Source: a virus. Taken from it: DNA of 64,000 bases. The position numbers were made by a program, and so were the translations under genes. Positions 34,946 to 45,632 of the stretch are shown here, piece by piece. Under the pieces are notes generated by a model. The model was not told the DNA's origin, ran no database searches, and saw nothing but the letters and a program-made list of their open reading frames with translations. The first letter of the stretch is position 1. Each line of letters opens with the position of its first letter. The stretch covers positions 65,881 through 129,880 of the IMG/VR virus record IMGVR_UViG_3300012984_000012; one strand, 5' to 3'.

Positions 34946-36487
34946 ATGACCAACGAGCAGTACAAGCCGATAAGAGACATCGCAGAAGGTGTTTCTGGTG
35001 AGATACAGAAACAGCGAGCGTACTACGAACACGGCTTCCGAGGCGACCTTCCCCTGTTCTACAGGTACGTCGTCATCGAGACCATCTTCGATCCGACGAT
35101 CATCGACGACAATAAGGTGTCGTACTTCGAACACGCGTTACAGGTGTCGAACATCCACCTCGCAAAGGTCCTACCTCGGAACACGATCGTCGCCCAGCGC
35201 GTCATGACACCGGGAACGTCTGCTGCGACGCCCGCGATGTTCCTGTTTCCGTTCTTTCCTCCCACGGTATCGTTCCCATGCCAACCGGGCGAGCACGTCT
35301 GGGTCATGTTCGAGAACCAATCAGGCACCAAGAACGACCTTGGTTACTGGATGTGTCGCATCGTTGAGCCGGGTTTTGTCGAGGACGTCAATCACACCCA
35401 CCCGCCCCGAGGCCTAGACGCTAGCTTCGTTCCAGGATCTCGAGACCAGTTCGATGGCACTGACTCTCCAAAGTATGAATTTCGAAATGGTCGTGCTGAC
35501 ACTCGAGAGGACGGTCGGTACACCCTTGCCGAGAGCGCGACACTGAACGGTGATGAAAATGCGTACGAAAAACTATTGACAGACACTGATGGGGGAAAGC
35601 TTTCCGTTCTAGAGCCGGTTCCGAGGTACCGAAAACGTCCCAGTGAGTTTGCGTTCGAAGGAACGAACAATACCCTGATCGTGATGGGTCGTGATCGAAC
35701 AGGCGCTGTTGCTAGGTACAAGTCAGACGAAACGTCACAAGCAACCGTCGTCGCCGGCATACCAGACGAAGACGACCAAAAGCCAGGCGCAGGATCGATC
35801 GACCTGGTCGCCGGCCGCGGGCAAACAGACGGCACCGGTGGTGCAGAGGCCAGCTCTACGAACATCGACGGTTCACCGACTGGTAAAAAAGAGCTTGGAA
35901 AGTCGCTAAAGGAGCTGGTACCTAACGAGGGTGACCCTGACTTCATTAACGATCGAAGCCGCGTCTTGATCTCACAACGCACGAAGGTTGACAGGAATTT
36001 TGGCCTGAATCGGTTTAATTCTGATCTAAGCAAGGGAAAGTTCCAAGGCGGTGATCCTGCGAAAGCAGACGTCAAGGACAGTGACGAAGGAGACGGCGCC
36101 ATCGTCATCAAGACTGACAAGATCAGGTTGATCGCTCGTTCTGATCTTGAGATCGTCGTAACGGGATTCGTGACTCGTGATGACAAGGGAAGGATAGTCG
36201 AAGACCAAGATAGCGACAACTGGGCCGTGGTCGCGATCAAGGCTAACGGTGACATCGTTTTTCAACCTTCGAAAAAAGGATACGTGAAACTTGGAGGAGA
36301 TGACGCTCAGTTCGGTCTCGTGTGTAGCGACGTGCCTGTCGTCGCTGCTGATGGTGGCGTGACCGGAGCGCCCTTGTCTACGACGATGGGCGGATTTTTT
36401 GCTGGTGCGAAACCCGCAGGGTCAGACAACGGCCCAGCGCTCGCTCCCTCACAAGGCAAATTTGCAAATAAGATCTTGGTGAAATGA
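34946..36487 (+). CDS. Baseplate hub/spike protein (gp5/VgrG OB-fold-like N-terminus)
   Basis: FPCQPGEHVWVMFE...GYWM OB-fold motif; beta-repeat-like C-half (EGTNNTLIVMG, SIDLVAGRG, IKTDKIRLIAR); position before gp25/gp6. Confidence 0.65.
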   Translation: MTNEQYKPIRDIAEGVSGEIQKQRAYYEHGFRGDLPLFYRYVVIETIFDPTIIDDNKVSYFEHALQVSNIHLAKVLPRNTIVAQRVMTPGTSAATPAMFLFPFFPPTVSFPCQPGEHVWVMFENQSGTKNDLGYWMCRIVEPGFVEDVNHTHPPRGLDASFVPGSRDQFDGTDSPKYEFRNGRADTREDGRYTLAESATLNGDENAYEKLLTDTDGGKLSVLEPVPRYRKRPSEFAFEGTNNTLIVMGRDRTGAVARYKSDETSQATVVAGIPDEDDQKPGAGSIDLVAGRGQTDGTGGAEASSTNIDGSPTGKKELGKSLKELVPNEGDPDFINDRSRVLISQRTKVDRNFGLNRFNSDLSKGKFQGGDPAKADVKDSDEGDGAIVIKTDKIRLIARSDLEIVVTGFVTRDDKGRIVEDQDSDNWAVVAIKANGDIVFQPSKKGYVKLGGDDAQFGLVCSDVPVVAADGGVTGAPLSTTMGGFFAGAKPAGSDNGPALAPSQGKFANKILVK

Positions 36488-36493
36488 GGCACA

Positions 36494-38164
36494 ATGGCTG
36501 AAGGAAGCGGATGTCAGGTGCACGCGGGGATCATTGACGACAAGTGCAAGCTCACGCCTAAGGCAAAGAAAAAATTCATACAGGCTGTCAAGGACGAGCT
36601 CACGTTCGGCACAGCAAACATGCCCGTGCCTCCTCTTTTCCCATGTGGCGATCCAGTGCCGCCTAACCCGTTTGCGGGTCTGCTGCTCCTCGAAGACGAA
36701 AAAAAGTACCCTGAGTTTCACAAGAACATCTTGGGAACGTACGAAAAGATCGCCTGTGCCCTTAACCTGAAATCAGACTTCAAGTTGCTTCCCATCTGTT
36801 GTCCTGTCTCGTTAGGCTTTAAGCTCGGCGTCAATTTCAAGATACCCAACTTTCCAAGCGGTTTCATACCTTTCATGATCCCAAATCCTCCGTTGCTTGC
36901 GTTGAAGATGAAGATCATGCCACCACCGAAGCTCATCGCAAAGTTCCCTGGGATCCCGGCAATTCCACCGCCTTTGCCCACGTTTCCAATTCCTCCTGAC
37001 ATCAAGGTCCCAGAGTTTAAGACGTTGTTCGATTTCTCGCTCTCCTTTGCGTTAAACGTGCCAAAGTTCCTGGTCACGCTCGTCGCAAACATTCCAAAAC
37101 TGGTGCTTAAGCTACCGAACCTTCCAGACCTGTTTAAGTCGATCTGCGATCTCGCTTTCGAGGCAAAGCTTTTTGGTGACATCAGGCCAGACGCCGTCAC
37201 GCAGATCGTCGCCATCAAGGTCCTGACGACAAAAATCGTTGAGATGGTCTTCATCGCAGCGATTGGATCCACGTTGGGCTCATCGCCTGGTGGGATAACA
37301 GGCGGCATCGGCAAGTTCTTGGGATATGACCCGCCCGAGGACGCTGCAGACCCGCAACCCGAGTCGCCTCGTGACAAGATCGTGAGCTACGCGAAAGAGA
37401 TGATCGACACGGGTTACGGCGCTGGAGCAGCCAAGCAAGACACGTATGCGTCACACCTGTTGTTAGTAGAGTATGCTGAACCTGGAAAAGGCCCTCAGGC
37501 TGACCCACGTGCCCTTGGAAAATCAAGGACACTGGCTAAATTAAAGAGCGCATCAAGTTGTGGTCTCGTGGCCCGAGCGTGTCTCGCGAACGGCGGAGCG
37601 AGCTTTGTCTTTGACTCAAAGGTCGACACCAGCAAGCAGGACCCATCTGTCAACCTCTATTATGATTTCTTTCTCGATCGATATCGTGATGGCACAGCGA
37701 TTGCTGGCATCTACACTGCGGCAAAGAAAAAGGACGCGATCATCCCATACAAGAGCGGCGACCTGCCTCCTCTCAAGAAAGGTGACGTCATCATCATTGA
37801 GAAACGAGGAAAGCTGGGTAACGAACACGTTCTCGTTCTGATCAAGGACTACAAGCCCGGAAGCTTTTCAATGACCACGGTCGAAGGCGGTCAGTCTGAT
37901 CCGGGAAATGGTGGAAAACCGACCGCGGTAAAGCAGTGGGAGTACATTAACGCAAAATCCGTTCCCAAGAACTCAAAGAAACTTAGCATGTACATCGGGT
38001 CAGGAAACCAGATCTACATCGCAGGTCGCACAGTATTGGCATTGATCGATAGCGAGAAACTATGTACTGACCAGACTGGAGCTGACATGTCTAGGTCTCA
38101 CGGGTCGATCGACACCTCGATCGCGAAGGACGGGCCAGGCAGCGGGTTCCAGCCGGTGACGTGA
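36494..38164 (+). CDS. Baseplate-associated protein with Pro-rich N-terminus and CHAP/NlpC-like C-terminal domain
   Basis: SSCGLVARAC (Cys), KKGDVIII, EHVLVL (His), TTVEGG. Confidence 0.6.
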   Translation: MAEGSGCQVHAGIIDDKCKLTPKAKKKFIQAVKDELTFGTANMPVPPLFPCGDPVPPNPFAGLLLLEDEKKYPEFHKNILGTYEKIACALNLKSDFKLLPICCPVSLGFKLGVNFKIPNFPSGFIPFMIPNPPLLALKMKIMPPPKLIAKFPGIPAIPPPLPTFPIPPDIKVPEFKTLFDFSLSFALNVPKFLVTLVANIPKLVLKLPNLPDLFKSICDLAFEAKLFGDIRPDAVTQIVAIKVLTTKIVEMVFIAAIGSTLGSSPGGITGGIGKFLGYDPPEDAADPQPESPRDKIVSYAKEMIDTGYGAGAAKQDTYASHLLLVEYAEPGKGPQADPRALGKSRTLAKLKSASSCGLVARACLANGGASFVFDSKVDTSKQDPSVNLYYDFFLDRYRDGTAIAGIYTAAKKKDAIIPYKSGDLPPLKKGDVIIIEKRGKLGNEHVLVLIKDYKPGSFSMTTVEGGQSDPGNGGKPTAVKQWEYINAKSVPKNSKKLSMYIGSGNQIYIAGRTVLALIDSEKLCTDQTGADMSRSHGSIDTSIAKDGPGSGFQPVT

Positions 38165-38631
38165 TGGGAAGATTTTCTTTCAAGAGTTCTGGTCTGACAC
38201 GAGAGCAACAGATCGTCGAGGCGATCACCAAGTCGTCGCTGCCGATCGGCATCAAGACCCCTTTGCGTTTGGGAACCCAAGAGGGGATATTTGGCATGAA
38301 TTACAACCTGCCAGACCAGGTGCACGATAACCTGCGTAACCTGTTACAGACGAATTGGGGCGAACACCTTGGGATATATGATTTCGGAGCGAACCTGCGC
38401 CCGCTCGTCACAGAGTTCGCCTCACAGGAAGACTTTGACGCTGAGGCGATCAAGCGCATCAGCGCTGCAGTGTCAAGGTGGATGCCGTTTGTCAGCCTTG
38501 AGGACTTTCTCTCTGAGGTCGACCGAACGCAAAACAAGAACACGGGTGTCTTTAAGATCACCATCACGTACTCGATCCCAGCCTTACAAGCTGGCAAGCG
38601 AGCGCTACTGGTCACGCTGTACGTGATCTGA
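38164..38631 (+). CDS. Baseplate wedge subunit gp25-like
   Basis: DNLRNLLQTNWGE...DFGANLRPLVTE...I..AVSRWMPFV. Confidence 0.9.
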   Translation: MGRFSFKSSGLTREQQIVEAITKSSLPIGIKTPLRLGTQEGIFGMNYNLPDQVHDNLRNLLQTNWGEHLGIYDFGANLRPLVTEFASQEDFDAEAIKRISAAVSRWMPFVSLEDFLSEVDRTQNKNTGVFKITITYSIPALQAGKRALLVTLYVI

Positions 38632-38636
38632 GATCG

Positions 38637-38644
38637 ATACTTAA
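38637..38644 (+). promoter_or_regulatory. Putative late-promoter motif ATACTTAA
   Basis: About 21 nt before the gp6-like start. Confidence 0.45.
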
Positions 38645-38665
38645 CACAATCGGAACAGTGAACGC

Positions 38666-40510
38666 ATGGCCCTCAATCGTGATGATCTAAAAAGCGTACG
38701 TCAAAGGAAGTACCTAGCAAAAGACTTCGACAGTCTTCGTGCTCAGTTGCTGGAATACGCTCGTCTCTACTACCCGGATCGCATCCGTGATTTTAGCGAG
38801 AGCAGTCTCGGAGGCCTGTTCCTTGACTTCGCGGCTTATACCGGTGACGTGCTGTCGTTCTACCTCGATCACCAATACGCTGAGTTGAATTACGACACCG
38901 CCGTCGAAGCCCCAAACATCGAACGAGCGCTGCGAAACTCTGGCGTTCCTATCGTCGGAGCCTCACCTGCGATCGTACCAGTGACGATTTACGTATCAGT
39001 TCCAGCTGAAAAGACCCAGAACGTTCTGGGACCGTCGGTCGCGTGTCTTCCGAAGGTGATGGCGGGATCGATCTTTTCAGCTGACAATGGCGTTGAGTTC
39101 ATCCTTCTTGAGGACGTCGATTTCAATCGCAAAAAGTCAGACGGTAGCTTCGCGGCCCAAATCAAGGTTGGCAACAAGACGTCGTCAGGCACGCCAACCA
39201 CATTCATCATGGCACAATCGGGCATGTGTGTCTCTGGTAAGGAGGTCACTGAAAACATCTCGATCGGAAAGGATTTCATCCCGTTTCGTCGGATCACCCT
39301 GTCAAACGCTAACGTCTCAGAGATCACGTCGGTGATTGATGGATTTGGAAACGTCTATTACCAGGTCGCGTCGCTTAGCCATGACGTCGTCTATCGTAAC
39401 GTCCTGAACACCGCAAAGGATAATGAGCTCGTCAAGGACGCGATCAAGGTCATCCCAGCTCCGTTTCGTTATTCTGCTGATGCCGATCTCAACACTAGGA
39501 AGATGACGCTGACATTCGGTAGCGGCAACGCTAACACGCTAGAGGACGACGTCATCCCAGATCCCTCGGATTTTGCCATCGCGTTCCCATACTCTAGGAC
39601 GTTCTCAAGGATCCCTGTCAACCCACAGCAGCTGTTGCAAACCAAGACGCTCGGAACTGCTGCATCAGACACGACGTTGCAGATCAACTATCGTTACAGC
39701 GGTGGACTGAATCACAACGTACCAGCGAACAACGTCAGGACCGTGAAGACCTTGAAGGTTTTCTTTCCAGGCAATCCTAGCGCAGCGCTCGCTGCAAACG
39801 TCAAAGGCAGCATCGAGATCACTAACAAGATCGCTGCTAGCGGCGGTGAAGACGCTCCCACGAGCGACGACCTTAAGGCTCAGATACCCGCGATTAAGAA
39901 CTCTCAGGAACGTATCGTCACCCGTGAGGACCTACTGGCTCGTGTTTACACGTTGCCATCGAACTTTGGCCGCGTCTTCAGAGCGTCAATCAGGTCAAAC
40001 CCAAACAACCCGCTAGCAACGCAACTCTTCATCGTGTCTCGTGACCCGCAGTCTAAGCTGATCACTTCTCCCGATACGTTAAAGAGGAACCTTCGATCGT
40101 ACCTCAATCCGTATCGCATGATTTCTGACGCCATCGACATCTTAGATGCTCGCGTCATCAACCTGACGATGTCATTTGACGTATTGATCGATCCTGCGTT
40201 AAATCGCAGCGTCGTTTTGCAAGGCGCCTTGACGAAACTTCAAACGTTCTTTGACATCAAGAACTTTCACATCGACCAACCGATCGTCATCTCTGACGTC
40301 GTTAACAACATCTTCACCGTCCCAGGTGTTGTGGCTGTCAATAACGTTACGTTTCAGAACATCGTAGGAACGAACTCAAACAGGGAATACAGCTCAAGCA
40401 CGTTTGACGTGCAAGCTAACACTCGCTTGGGCATCATGTTCCCAACGCCGGGCGCGATCTTTGAAATCAGGTTCCCAGAGTTTGACATCATGGGTAAGGC
40501 AGCAGTCTAA
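38666..40510 (+). CDS. Baseplate wedge protein gp6 / baseplate J-like
   Basis: YLAKDFDSLRAQL..YA..YYPD...DFSESS.G, AYTGDVLSFYLD, LTFGSG, ASGGED, SQERIVTRED. Confidence 0.9.
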   Translation: MALNRDDLKSVRQRKYLAKDFDSLRAQLLEYARLYYPDRIRDFSESSLGGLFLDFAAYTGDVLSFYLDHQYAELNYDTAVEAPNIERALRNSGVPIVGASPAIVPVTIYVSVPAEKTQNVLGPSVACLPKVMAGSIFSADNGVEFILLEDVDFNRKKSDGSFAAQIKVGNKTSSGTPTTFIMAQSGMCVSGKEVTENISIGKDFIPFRRITLSNANVSEITSVIDGFGNVYYQVASLSHDVVYRNVLNTAKDNELVKDAIKVIPAPFRYSADADLNTRKMTLTFGSGNANTLEDDVIPDPSDFAIAFPYSRTFSRIPVNPQQLLQTKTLGTAASDTTLQINYRYSGGLNHNVPANNVRTVKTLKVFFPGNPSAALAANVKGSIEITNKIAASGGEDAPTSDDLKAQIPAIKNSQERIVTREDLLARVYTLPSNFGRVFRASIRSNPNNPLATQLFIVSRDPQSKLITSPDTLKRNLRSYLNPYRMISDAIDILDARVINLTMSFDVLIDPALNRSVVLQGALTKLQTFFDIKNFHIDQPIVISDVVNNIFTVPGVVAVNNVTFQNIVGTNSNREYSSSTFDVQANTRLGIMFPTPGAIFEIRFPEFDIMGKAAV

Positions 40511-42033
40511 TGTATAAGGTTCTTCGACCCAGCAAAGACACGTACATCACTGATCGTGTCGTCAAAGGAAACAGGCAATACAACGCTAACGTTGGTGCCG
40601 CAGGTTCACTGGATCTGTTTAAGCTTTACGGTACGACATCGTCTGGCAGCGTTCCGAACGTTGAACTCAGTCGCCTCTTGGTTCAATTCGACCTACAACC
40701 CCTTCGTGACCTGGTTAGCGAGGGAAAGATCGATCCTGGTAACGCAAGCTTCAAAGTCAAGCTGAAGCTATTTGACGTGTATGGTGGGCAGCCCACTCCT
40801 TCAAACTTTCAGGTCAACGTGCATCCTCTCGGTCGTGCCTTCGATGAAGGCTTGGGACGTGACGTGGTGTACTATTCAGACTCTGACGCCAGCAATTTTC
40901 TCACCAGCTCATGGTCAGGCGGTCAGTGGCTAGTGAGTGGTTGTGGTCTTGGGGGTGGTTTACCCGGGACAGTCGATTACGTCACTGCCTCGACAAATGT
41001 TTCTAACGGAGCGAGCTTGTTGAGCTCGCAGCTCTTCGTCACCGGAGAGGAAGACCTCGAAGTCGACGTCACGTTAGCCGTCTCAGCGACGCTCGCAGGA
41101 GCCTTGTCAGACTATGGTTTTCGCATCTCGTTAGATGATGCCCTAGAGAACAACCAACACACGTACTTTGTCAAACGGTTCGCTTCACGAACAGCGTTCA
41201 ACTCAGACAAACGTCCTCGAATGATCGTTAAGTTCGATGACTCCATCCAAGATGACAGCCAGTCATTGGTCTTCGACACGCCCAGTAACCTATTTCTTTA
41301 CAATTACGTTCGGAACGTTCCTGGAAACCTAACAAGCGGTTCATCGCTGGCGCCCGTGACCGGCCCAAACAGCCTGGTCTTGAAACTAACGACTGAGATC
41401 TCTGGTGGTTGGCACACGTTGGTGTTCACCGGATCGCAACACGCTTACGGGATCTTTCCCGTGGTGGGAGTTTACTCTGCTTCGGTTCTGTTGCCTTCGA
41501 CGGATGCTGTGTTGCTCTCAAAGCTAGCTCAGTCTGGTTCTGTCAAGATGACGCCGATCTGGGGATCGCTTGATGACACGGTAGCGTACCTGACCGGTTC
41601 GAGCATTGACCTACGAGCTAGCTCTCGAGGGCCAACGAGCGTCAACTCTCATCCGTTTGTCGTGACCGTTCACGGCATGCAAAATCGCTACTTTAGCGAT
41701 GAAAAAACCGTGTTACGCGTTCACTTGTTTGACATAACCTCACCGTCGGTGTTGACAGCGACCAGGTTGCCGATCGAACATCCCGGGTCAGTTATCCGCG
41801 ACGTACATTTCCAGGTACGCGATGACGTTACTGGTCTCGTCGAGGTGCCCTTCGACACGGTGACAAACTCGACACGCCTGTCAAGCGATGCAAGCGGCAT
41901 GTACTTCAAGTTCGACATGTCTAACCTGACACCTGAACGTACGTATGTCATCGACATCATGGTGATCATGGGTGGTGATCGTCGTGTCTTCAAGAGCGCA
42001 TCACCAATTTTTCGTGTTAGCGACGCGAGGTAA
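40510..42033 (+). CDS. Virion structural protein (baseplate region)
   Basis: KDTYIT...SRLLVQFDL N-terminal motif; S/T-G-S rich; coupled to the gp6-like gene. Confidence 0.7.
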   Translation: MYKVLRPSKDTYITDRVVKGNRQYNANVGAAGSLDLFKLYGTTSSGSVPNVELSRLLVQFDLQPLRDLVSEGKIDPGNASFKVKLKLFDVYGGQPTPSNFQVNVHPLGRAFDEGLGRDVVYYSDSDASNFLTSSWSGGQWLVSGCGLGGGLPGTVDYVTASTNVSNGASLLSSQLFVTGEEDLEVDVTLAVSATLAGALSDYGFRISLDDALENNQHTYFVKRFASRTAFNSDKRPRMIVKFDDSIQDDSQSLVFDTPSNLFLYNYVRNVPGNLTSGSSLAPVTGPNSLVLKLTTEISGGWHTLVFTGSQHAYGIFPVVGVYSASVLLPSTDAVLLSKLAQSGSVKMTPIWGSLDDTVAYLTGSSIDLRASSRGPTSVNSHPFVVTVHGMQNRYFSDEKTVLRVHLFDITSPSVLTATRLPIEHPGSVIRDVHFQVRDDVTGLVEVPFDTVTNSTRLSSDASGMYFKFDMSNLTPERTYVIDIMVIMGGDRRVFKSASPIFRVSDAR

Positions 42034-42085
42034 GGTAGTCTGAGGTGTCGCCTTCCACGATACCTAGACTGTAGATTGAGACCTC

Positions 42086-45000
42086 ATGACGACGAAACAA
42101 ATCTCACCATACGTCCCAGCCTTCCTAAAGGCTGCTGTCGAAGGAAACAGGCCTCTTCAGCTGACGTTCAGTGAGGTCAAGGACACTAACATCCTGAGTA
42201 CGTCATCGTTCATTTACGATGACCAAGACGCTCCCTTGAAGTCAACTCAACAGCTAAACGTTGACTGGTCTCGGTTCGAGAATCACACGTTTTTCATGTC
42301 CGCTGAGGCAAAAGTCAACCTAGCATTCGAACAGGTCATCAATGGGTTTCCTTTCGATGGCACCAAACAGGAGGTTGAGGTCTTCTTCGAGAAGATGACA
42401 GGCTATGACAGGTACGTCTTTGACAATTTCCCGAAGTTTCATGGACAACTGATGTTCTCAGGGACCCGGGTCGGCGAGACGTCACCTGCAGCAGGTTCGT
42501 ACATCATCGTCAAAGATGCAGCGGGTTCGTTGTATCCCGACCTGTCAAAGGACCCTCACGGTGGTTCTGTCTTGAACCCGACAAATGGTTCATCACTGAG
42601 CATTGAGATGCACCTGTTCTTACCTGCGACGGCTACGGTGGGTACGCAGGTCGTTTGTCAAAAGATCAATGGCACATCACAAGGTTTTTCGTTATACCTG
42701 ACGCCCACGACGTCAACCTCAAGCGTCGAAGCCCGATTCAGTGTCGCTTCAGGTTCGTTTTCGCTGACAGTTCCTTGTAACCTTGACAAGGGTCGTTTCA
42801 ATCACATCTGCGTGACTCTGAATCGAGAGACCGGAACTCACTACCTTGAGTTCTTTAAAGGAGGCACGAGTGCGAACGTCACCAAGGCACGTTACACGTT
42901 TGGTGATTTTAACATTGACGCATCAGACTTCACGATCGGTTCAGGTACTGTCATGGCACTCGGTTCGACGACGGTCACACCAAACCAGACTCTGTCAGGC
43001 ACGATCGATGAGTTGCGGTTGTTTCACAGCGCCCGCAGCGCTGACCTCCAACAGCAATTTGCTCCCAAGGCGATCTTTGCTCAACCCGACCTAAAGCTTT
43101 ACTATCGCTTCAATGAGCCCCCACCGCCGCTAGCAACTGATACCAACGACCAAGCTAACGCTATCGTCATTGACAGCTCAGGAAACTCGCTTCATTCTGT
43201 GATCAGCAACTTCCTAACCTACGCACAGTTTGACGACGTAGGAAACCTAACGGGCAGTTTCCTGAGACAAGACGCCTCTCTCGATCCGACGAGCGACGTG
43301 ATCTATGAGCGTGAAGAAAGCGTTCCCGTGCTGTTCCCAGCATACCAAAGCGTCGTCGACCTTAACGCTACCTTGCTCGCTAGCGCCACGACATACGATC
43401 AGGCGAACCCTAACCTGATAACCCGATTGGTCCCACAACACTACCTCCTAGAAGGAACGTTGTTTGATGGGTTCGATGAACCTGAGGGCGCCGGAAACGA
43501 CCCCTATTCTGGCACTGGCATGCCCGGTCAAGGCAAATTGGGTAACGTCCAGCTGATCCTGTCGATGCTTTACATTTGGGCGAGGTTCTTTGACGAGATG
43601 AAGCTGTTCGTTGACGCCTTCAGCTCGGTGAGGACGGTGAATTATGACACCAACGTCAGCACCCCGAACAACTTCCTAAGAGACCTGGTCAGGCAGTATG
43701 GTTTTCACATGCCCGTGCTGTTCAACGATAGCACGATAGAGCAATACATCAAAGGAGAGAACGTCGATCCAGAGATCAGCTCTAGCGAGACACCGATAAA
43801 ACATGTCCAGAACGAGCTGCTCCGTCGGATCATCATCAACTTACCTGAGGTGATACGCTCTAAGGGAACGCAACACAGCATCAAGGTTTTTCTACGTGCC
43901 ATCGGCATCGATCCTGAGAACAGCCTGAGGTTGCGTGAGTTCGGTGGACCCACTGTCAAACAACTGTCATTCACTCGAGAGCAAAAACGTGAGACAGGCA
44001 CGATGGTCGAGTTCATCACCTCGTCGCTTGCTGTATCTCCGTTTCTGACAGCGTCACGCTACGAGCCTGGCTATCCACAGATCAGAGGAACGTTCGTCCA
44101 AGCAAATAGGTTCCCGCCAAATGGCATCAGCAACAACCCAAGCGATGGATTGCTGACGTCGGGCTCTTGGACTGTCGAAACGATCGTCAAGTACACACCG
44201 TATCACATCAAATCGATGACGAGCTCAACGCAATCGCTGGCTCGCATGTGCGTCACGGGGTCGACGAGTTTCATGTCAGGAGGGTTGGGTCTCGTCGCAA
44301 ACCTACTAGCAATCTCTTCGTCAGCGGACCCAAAGCTCGTACTGTACCTCAGGCCAGGCACCAACGCCACGAGCCCGTTGTTACACATGTCGATGAGCGT
44401 TCCTGATAACGCAATTTTCGATGGTGACAAGTGGAATGTATCGTTCGGTTGCGTACGTAACGACAGCATCGACTCACGTGTTTCGTCGTCATACTTCTTA
44501 CGCTTGGGAACGCAAAACAATGGCGAGATCACGTACCTGCAGACGACAGCGTCGTTCTTTTACGAACTAATCACCTCTGAGTCAAACTCGTTCCGAACGT
44601 TAAGCTCGAGCTTCAACCAATCAGGAAGCTTTCTAGCCATTGGCGAGAATCAATCAATTCCGTCTGGGGTAGGTAACAGCTACCTTTACCTGAACAATAT
44701 TTCTGTGGCCGATCCTGAGTCACGAGTGACGGCTTTTACTGGCTTGCAGACCGCTCTCAGATTCTGGTCGAAAGGCTTGACAGAACAAGAGTGGACTGAG
44801 CACATTCGTAATCACAAGTCCCTCGGCGTCGAGGATCCGACAGTCAATTACAATTTCGTCACGACTCGTAGCGGTTCGTTCGAAAAGGTTCGCATGGACA
44901 GCTTCGGAAAACAGGACACGCGCCGGGCCAACGCCACGGGATCGTATGGGCCCCTGGGAACGATGACGTTCTTGGACTTCAGCCAGAACGGGATGCACAT

Positions 45001-45631
45001 GACCGGAACGGGATTTCCCATTGATCGTGATTGCCTGAGAGGCGAGCTCTTCGACGTCAGCTACCTGTCGCCTTACTTTGATGAAGCAGCTTCTAACGAG
45101 AAGGTTCGAATCCGTAGCTTTTTGAACCAGGATCTCGTAGATGCCACGCCGTGGGCCGGAGTAGCGCCCGTCTACGAGATCGTCAAGAGCGAACAACCAA
45201 CAGACGACGTCCGCTTTGCGATCGAGTTCTCTCTGATCGATGCACTTAACCGTGACATCGTCACGCTGTTTTCGACCTTTGACGCTCTCGATAACGCTCT
45301 AGGATCACCAGAGCTTGTGTACTCACCTGATTACCCGAACCTGGAGACGTTACGAAACGTTTACTTCAATCGTATCAAAGAGAAGCTTAACTTCAAGGCG
45401 TTTTTCGAGTTCTTCAGGTGGTTCGATTCGTCGATTGGGACGTTCATCGAGCAACTGATACCCAGGAAAACGAACTTCAAAGGGACAAACTTCGTCATCG
45501 AGTCTCACATGTTAGAGAGACACAAGCTCGAGTACTTCTCGAGCGAGATATATTTGGGCGAGGAGGATCGCAGTAGGATCCGTGACGTCCTGTTATTGCA
45601 ACAACTCGCTGGCGTGATCAGAAAGTGGTGA
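42086..45631 (+). CDS. Large baseplate protein (gp7-like) with LamG/concanavalin-like domains
   Basis: FNHICVT, SGTIDELRLF, LYYRFNE, DKWNVSF; N.P...RSKGT..SIK.FLRAIGI wedge motif; ESHMLERHK. Confidence 0.7.
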   Translation: MTTKQISPYVPAFLKAAVEGNRPLQLTFSEVKDTNILSTSSFIYDDQDAPLKSTQQLNVDWSRFENHTFFMSAEAKVNLAFEQVINGFPFDGTKQEVEVFFEKMTGYDRYVFDNFPKFHGQLMFSGTRVGETSPAAGSYIIVKDAAGSLYPDLSKDPHGGSVLNPTNGSSLSIEMHLFLPATATVGTQVVCQKINGTSQGFSLYLTPTTSTSSVEARFSVASGSFSLTVPCNLDKGRFNHICVTLNRETGTHYLEFFKGGTSANVTKARYTFGDFNIDASDFTIGSGTVMALGSTTVTPNQTLSGTIDELRLFHSARSADLQQQFAPKAIFAQPDLKLYYRFNEPPPPLATDTNDQANAIVIDSSGNSLHSVISNFLTYAQFDDVGNLTGSFLRQDASLDPTSDVIYEREESVPVLFPAYQSVVDLNATLLASATTYDQANPNLITRLVPQHYLLEGTLFDGFDEPEGAGNDPYSGTGMPGQGKLGNVQLILSMLYIWARFFDEMKLFVDAFSSVRTVNYDTNVSTPNNFLRDLVRQYGFHMPVLFNDSTIEQYIKGENVDPEISSSETPIKHVQNELLRRIIINLPEVIRSKGTQHSIKVFLRAIGIDPENSLRLREFGGPTVKQLSFTREQKRETGTMVEFITSSLAVSPFLTASRYEPGYPQIRGTFVQANRFPPNGISNNPSDGLLTSGSWTVETIVKYTPYHIKSMTSSTQSLARMCVTGSTSFMSGGLGLVANLLAISSSADPKLVLYLRPGTNATSPLLHMSMSVPDNAIFDGDKWNVSFGCVRNDSIDSRVSSSYFLRLGTQNNGEITYLQTTASFFYELITSESNSFRTLSSSFNQSGSFLAIGENQSIPSGVGNSYLYLNNISVADPESRVTAFTGLQTALRFWSKGLTEQEWTEHIRNHKSLGVEDPTVNYNFVTTRSGSFEKVRMDSFGKQDTRRANATGSYGPLGTMTFLDFSQNGMHMTGTGFPIDRDCLRGELFDVSYLSPYFDEAASNEKVRIRSFLNQDLVDATPWAGVAPVYEIVKSEQPTDDVRFAIEFSLIDALNRDIVTLFSTFDALDNALGSPELVYSPDYPNLETLRNVYFNRIKEKLNFKAFFEFFRWFDSSIGTFIEQLIPRKTNFKGTNFVIESHMLERHKLEYFSSEIYLGEEDRSRIRDVLLLQQLAGVIRKW

Positions 45632-45632
45632 C

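Noticed and set aside
35392-36255. 287-aa antisense ORF and similar shadow ORFs (e.g. 36718-37377, 18096-18632)
   Set aside because: They lie opposite well-supported genes, have Ser/Pro-rich non-protein-like composition and lack RBS; expected from codon bias
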